This document shows, piece after piece, positions 59,039-64,000 of a DNA stretch of 64,000 nucleotides. Below the pieces are notes generated by a model, which was given only the letters and a program-made list of their open reading frames with translations, made no database searches and was not told the DNA's origin. The DNA comes from Chlorokybus atmophyticus. Lineage: Eukaryota > Plantae > Mesostigma and Chlorokybus algae. Where the stretch lies: positions 62,001 through 126,000 of the forward strand of contig RHPI01002491.1 in NCBI GenBank assembly GCA_009103225.1. Reading direction: 5' to 3'. A program made the translations under genes and the position numbers. Each line of letters starts with the position of its first letter. Position 1 is the first letter of the stretch.

Positions 59039-60527
59039 ATGTTGGCGGCAGTGGCGGGGGCGGGGGTGGGGTCGCTGTCAAGGGGGTTGGCGCTGGGAGC
59101 GTGCGTCGGGGTGGCGGCTTCAGCGTGCGCTCTTAATCGCGTGCAGGAGCATCAGCAGCGGCAGCTAAAGACAATGCGGCAGCAGAATGTTGCTGCTGCT
59201 GCTGCTGCTGCCAGTGCATCCTCCGCAGGAATGCCTGGGGAGTGGGCTGTGGTCGCGCAGGAGGAGCCGGCGCTCGTGGAGCGCAAAGCAGCGCTACGCA
59301 AGCATGTCAAGGCGCTTCTGAGGGGCATGCCTCCCGCGCAGATGAAGGCAGAAGGTTCCGACCCTCAAACAGCTGCTTTGCATGCTTGGTTTTGTGAGTA
59401 GCAAGCGTCGGCATGTTCACTTCTTCAAGCCTTTCATGGTTCATGATTCATGGCATTGAGACTACATACTGCCTGACCATTGATGAGAATTCCATATGGG
59501 AGCTGCCGTGCAATTGAATTCGTGCTGTGCACCCGTGCATTGATTACCCGCGCTTGGTGCTTGCAACCCCACTGTCACATATCTGCAACCAGAGCATTGA
59601 AACTGCTGCAGTTGGCGGCAACGGCTTTGCGCAGATGAGGCTGTGGTGCAGCGCGTCCTGGCTTCGGACCTCTACAAAAACAGCGAGCGAGTCGGGGTGT
59701 ACGTGGGCTGTGCGCGGTTGCGCGAGGTCAACTCAGTGCCAATTGTTCAAGATATATTGCAACGCGGTAAGACAACCAATGCTGTTGCAGGCATAACCAG
59801 CAATGCTCATTTGTTGTCATGTCAGGCAAGAAGTGCTATGTGCCACGCGTGATGGAGCAGAAGGCGCACATGCGCATGCTTCGCATTGACAGCTTAGATG
59901 AGTTGGTTGCAAACTCGATGACAATTCTTGAACCTGAGGAGACTGATGCCGCCGCTGCTCCCCGATCTGATGGTATCGCGCATCCTTAACTTCATTAAAT
60001 TGCGTAGGTAGCAAGCTGAACAAAATTGCTGTTGCTGCACAGTGCTGGATGCAGACGAGCCATTGGACCTGCTGCTTATGCCAGGTTTGGCATTCGACAT
60101 GCGTGGACACCGCTTGGGCCGGGGCGGAGGGTAAGCAGGCTTAGCAGCGTCATGTTGCATACTCACCATCATACACAACCAGATGTTGCAATCACTTGGT
60201 TGACATGTAGGTACTATGATGCTTTCGTAGCACAGCTTAAGTCTCGTGCCGCAAGCCAAGGCTGGAGTCCACCTTCGCTAGGTAAGTGCCAGACCAAGCT
60301 TATCAGCTCATCTGCAATCGTATGTTGTCATTGATGTATTTATGAGAGTTGTGTGGTTCAATGGTTATATTGGGTGGTCCAATGGTTGCTCGTCTGCAGT
60401 GGCTCTGGCGTACAAGGTGCAAATTGTTGATGAAGTGCCAGTTGGCCCTCTAGACAAGCCCGTTGATGCCATCTTGACGGCAGACGAACTGCATCCTGTC
60501 ATTGTATCAGATTCTGTTTGTCACTAA
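59039..60527 (+). CDS. 5FCL: 5-formyltetrahydrofolate cyclo-ligase (MTHFS) with an N-terminal extension, 6 exons
   Basis: [83 protein letters not shown]. Stop TAA 60525-60527. Confidence 0.96.
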
Positions 60528-60542
60528 TGACGCGCTGGTGCT

Positions 60543-60760
60543 TGCCGTTAGACAGAGGAATAAGCGAAGCCAACTTGGTTTGCATCGTATTGACCTGTCA
60601 AGGTGACAGCCCGCGCGCTGTAGACTGTTTTGTGTGGTATACCCCATCCTGTGCCGTTAGACAGAGGAAGAAGCGAAGCCAACTTGGTTTGCATCGTATT
60701 GACCTGTCAAGGTGACAGCCCGCGCGTTGTAGACTGTTTTGTGTGGTGTACCCCTTCCTG
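60543..60760. repeat. Tandem duplication, 109-bp period, 2 copies, just after the 5FCL stop
   Basis: TGCCGTTAGACAGAGGAA...CCCC(A/T)TCCTG starts at 60543 and 60652. Confidence 0.93.
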
Positions 60761-60986
60761 ATTTGTCCCCCTTGAACAAGACAGCGTTAGTGCTTGACTG
60801 ATCTTGTCTTCCTTACATCACTGTACTGAACTCACATGGTTTATGCGCTTTGAACTGCTATGTCAGCCATCGAGTTTGTGTATGACAATCTAGAACTTTC
60901 ATTAGAACTAGTGCAAATTTCAATCGCAACTTGATGCAACGGGCGGTTGACGGCCAACAAGAAGTTGGTAGTATTGCTACGCATTG

Positions 60987-61022
60987 CCCCCCCCCCCCCC
61001 CCCCCCCCCCNCCCCCCCCCCC
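60987..61022. repeat. Poly-C tract (one N)
   Basis: About 36-nt C homopolymer. Confidence 0.95.
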
Positions 61023-64000
61023 GTCCCTTTCTGGCAGAAGTACAGCCCCTAGTAGCAAAGAGGGGGTGACTCCGAGGGTGACTCTGACCCCTTGCAGCGT
61101 CACAGGTGGACTCGAACAGCGTAAATATTGCAGCTATATTGGCGATCAGCAGGGAAATGACTCGAATTAGCGACATATGCCTTATTTACGACACGTGTCA
61201 ACTGCGTCGTTTACACGTGTTGCGGGCGCCTCGATCAGTGCGTCGTGTCGCCATTGTTGTTAACATGCGTTCTGCATTATTTTTTGTTGATTTATTGCAT
61301 TAAATAAGGAGTTATTGCATGGTTCATGATTGGCGCTTGGTAAACTGCTAAGCTAGTAAGGGTCATGCATGCAACCCTCACTACCACATATTTCACGCAC
61401 GCACTTCGTGCAGTGGGTTGGTTAGCTGGTTGGCTTAAGAAACTATACCCCCCGGCCAAATTTTGCTTGTCTTGCGTTGCTATGCACTTTAGCATGTTAG
61501 CCTATCGTTTGATCTTGCATCTTTTCTCATACCGTATGCATAACAAGCATAAAACCACAAAGATAACAAGCGCCAACACAGCCAATGGTAGTTAATAGAC
61601 TATACAATACAGTAGTGACACATACATTACCACCCACTCACTTCTGCAAATCGCTTTTGAGTTCAACCTTGTGCTACTGTGACCATAAAAGTCAACGTCA
61701 TGCGTTGATTGATATTATTGACGTTTAGGCCCAAAACACCTTATGGAGCTACAACTCTAGCCATTTTATGATTAGTTTTAGATTGCAATGTATGTGTTAC
61801 CACGATAGTTTGCAATTTATGAGGACCGTTTATTCACTGTTAAACAAGTTATACAAGCCTTATATAGTGTCTGCCTCCAATCAAGCACAGCTTTAAAAAT
61901 TGACAGTGTTTACACATGGTTTGTGCGTGGCCTGCTGTGTGAAACCAGGCTATCTTCTAACCGAGTAACACATGTTCCGTTCTATTCGAGTTTAAATGGA
62001 AGTTTGTGGTTTTTGTTTCGTCAGAAGTAATCGTAATGAAAGTTGTACAATATAATTGTTTCTGAACCTGGTCATTTTTCTACGTGCTTCGTGCAGTAAC
62101 CTTATTTTCATCGCGCAATGCATTAGAGATATTTTAATTCGCGGTGGGGGTGGAGGTAGAGCTTGCCAGCCACTACACTGACAACGAGGATTGCACATTT
62201 TTTCTCTTACAAGTAAAATTAAAAAGATAAAAACCAAAATTTTTTTAGTGATTTTGCAACTTACATTATGCGTACAAATTATTTGTCAGCATAGTTTATG
62301 ACTTAAACATTAAGCTTAACAACATCATGCACCATAATAACATGTTAAATGAACACACAATTGATGATATGAGATGACAGCTTTACACCGCAAACAACGC
62401 AATGGTCAAACGTAAGCAAGCCGTGATTACTCACTTTACACGACCTTACAGCACTTCCTTTCGTAAGCTACAGGCTGATGCGGTGTTTTCAACCTTCGAA
62501 GTTGATGTCTCTTTCGTAACAACGTCATTGTTGTACATTATTGTGAACAAATATTGTGAGATGTAATCACAGCTGTAACTTGCAAAATGGTGCAAATCGA
62601 CCACATTCTCATACACCCTATTTGCTTGCTTGCTTGCTTGTGGCCTGTTGATTGAGTTGAGTGTGCTTAGTGTGTTCCACAACTTTGTACTTAAGCGATA
62701 CATTGTCCAAAAGATTTGACATCGTCAGCATTCAATTGTGGAGTTGATGTGTGGCTAACTGCAGGTGTAGAGGTCGATCAAGCCAGGAATGCTCGTTGGG
62801 TTGCGCTCACGTGGGATGCGTGACATGCTCCTATCCGTCACCGATTACCACATTGTGTGGCGGAGTGGTTGAGCCTACCAGGTAGGCTCAATGATAGATA
62901 TCCGTCATAGACCCGCGGCTCGAGAGCACCGTTAACACCCAATGACTCCTACGCTGTCGCGGTCACGCATGATCGTCATCACGCGAACGACTTGAAACTT
63001 TCAAGTCCCCAGCTGTCCTGATCAACTGCGACCCAACCACGACTGACGACCTGTCCTAGAGCACACTGCGAGCACAGCGAAGAATCTGTGGAGCGGCGGG
63101 GTTGCCGTTAAAAGCGCCCGTTTTACGCTCCATTCACAGTGTGAGCCAGGGTTGTAAGCCAAGCTTCAATTTTCCTTTTGTTTGTTTGACTGCTATCGAG
63201 TCAAGTCAAGCAGCAGTCCAGTTGTCAAGCTCACAGCAGGGAAGGGCAGCGCACGCAGGCGGCGTGGTGTCAGTGGTAGTGGTGAGACTTGGAGCTGCTA
63301 GCAAGACGACAAGGAATAGGCGGCTTCTTCCGCGGGGGGGCGCAGCGGGGCGTTGTGGGGAGGGGTTGCTGGCGTCGTTGGGCGGGGCGGCCGCTTTGCC
63401 GGCCTGCGGGGCGCGCGGGTGGCCCGATCGTGTTCCGCGCGAAGCAACTGGCTGGCCACGAGGATGCTACCGTTGCCACCTTAGCCCTTGCTAGTGCGCT
63501 GCCTGCTCCGGTAAGGCTGCACGCTTGCTTGACCTGACACTGCTTCTTTGCCTTCTGCCCGCGAGCCGCAAGTGTAGCCAGTGATGTGCAGATTTGTGCT
63601 GGACAAAGCTTATCTTGGTTTCATGGCTATATGCCGCATTACATGTGCAGCTTTTCTTGTGGCATTACAGCTGGCCGCTGAACTGCCGCCCTGCGCTACA
63701 TCGCCTTGCTTAACTACTGCATGTGCATGTGCTCCGTGCGTCAGTAGCATTAGATGGTTTGGTGCGACTGCATTTGTCTGCTGGTCAAGCATATGTTGTT
63801 TGCAAAGGGCACAAGCATGTCGAGTCGTCGTTCCCTTAGCTGCACAAGCTCACAGTCCCAGCCTACTTGTCAATGTTTGTCATGCCAAAGTCGCAGGCAA
63901 GCAGTTACAGCCATAATGCACAACCATGTGCACCAGTTCAGTGTTTTCGTGGCAATAGCAGGCCTGCAGCATGCTGCAGGAGCTAGCAGTCACCTGCAAC

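Noticed and set aside
62855-62935. tRNA or SINE starting at the A-box-like TGGCGGAGTGG
   Set aside because: No credible B box at the right distance and no cloverleaf.
63102-64000. Protein-coding gene at the right edge
   Set aside because: A GC-rich segment and a donor-like CCG|GTAAGG near 63510 suggest a first exon, but there is no convincing ATG-led frame or homology in the window.

Overview
Eukaryotic nuclear DNA with many short introns (most about 80-120 bp). Gene content and the selenoprotein point to a green alga, probably an early-diverging streptophyte (inference). Most ORFs in the supplied track are antisense or intron-read-through artefacts. Left gene block (1-27.2 kb): two tandem F-box paralogs (one frameshifted), a longin-like protein, an SLC18B1-like MFS transporter, VPS11, a probably plastid-targeted SELENOU/PRXL2A-type selenoprotein (in-frame UGA in a U-P-F-C motif plus a SECIS in the 3'UTR), an APE2-like endonuclease, and a membrane-anchored protein whose ectodomain looks bacterial (Ig-like, ConA-like, sorbosone-dehydrogenase propeller). 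Central repeat island (about 28-55.2 kb): a nested stack of a PHD-finger Ty3/gypsy element, a solo LTR and a chromovirus. The chromovirus carries two insertions: a 531-bp TRIM and a 1.58-kb DNA transposon with a 2-bp TSD. Two related CACAC-ended CACTA-like elements follow. Right block: a URGT-like nucleotide-sugar transporter head-to-head with 5-formyl-THF cyclo-ligase. The most unusual signal is the TRIM. It has no canonical PBS, and a tRNA-like A box in U5 lines up with a B box in the leader at exact tRNA spacing. The host chromovirus LTR also ends in an A-box-like motif. No database search was possible, so family assignments rest on recalled motifs.
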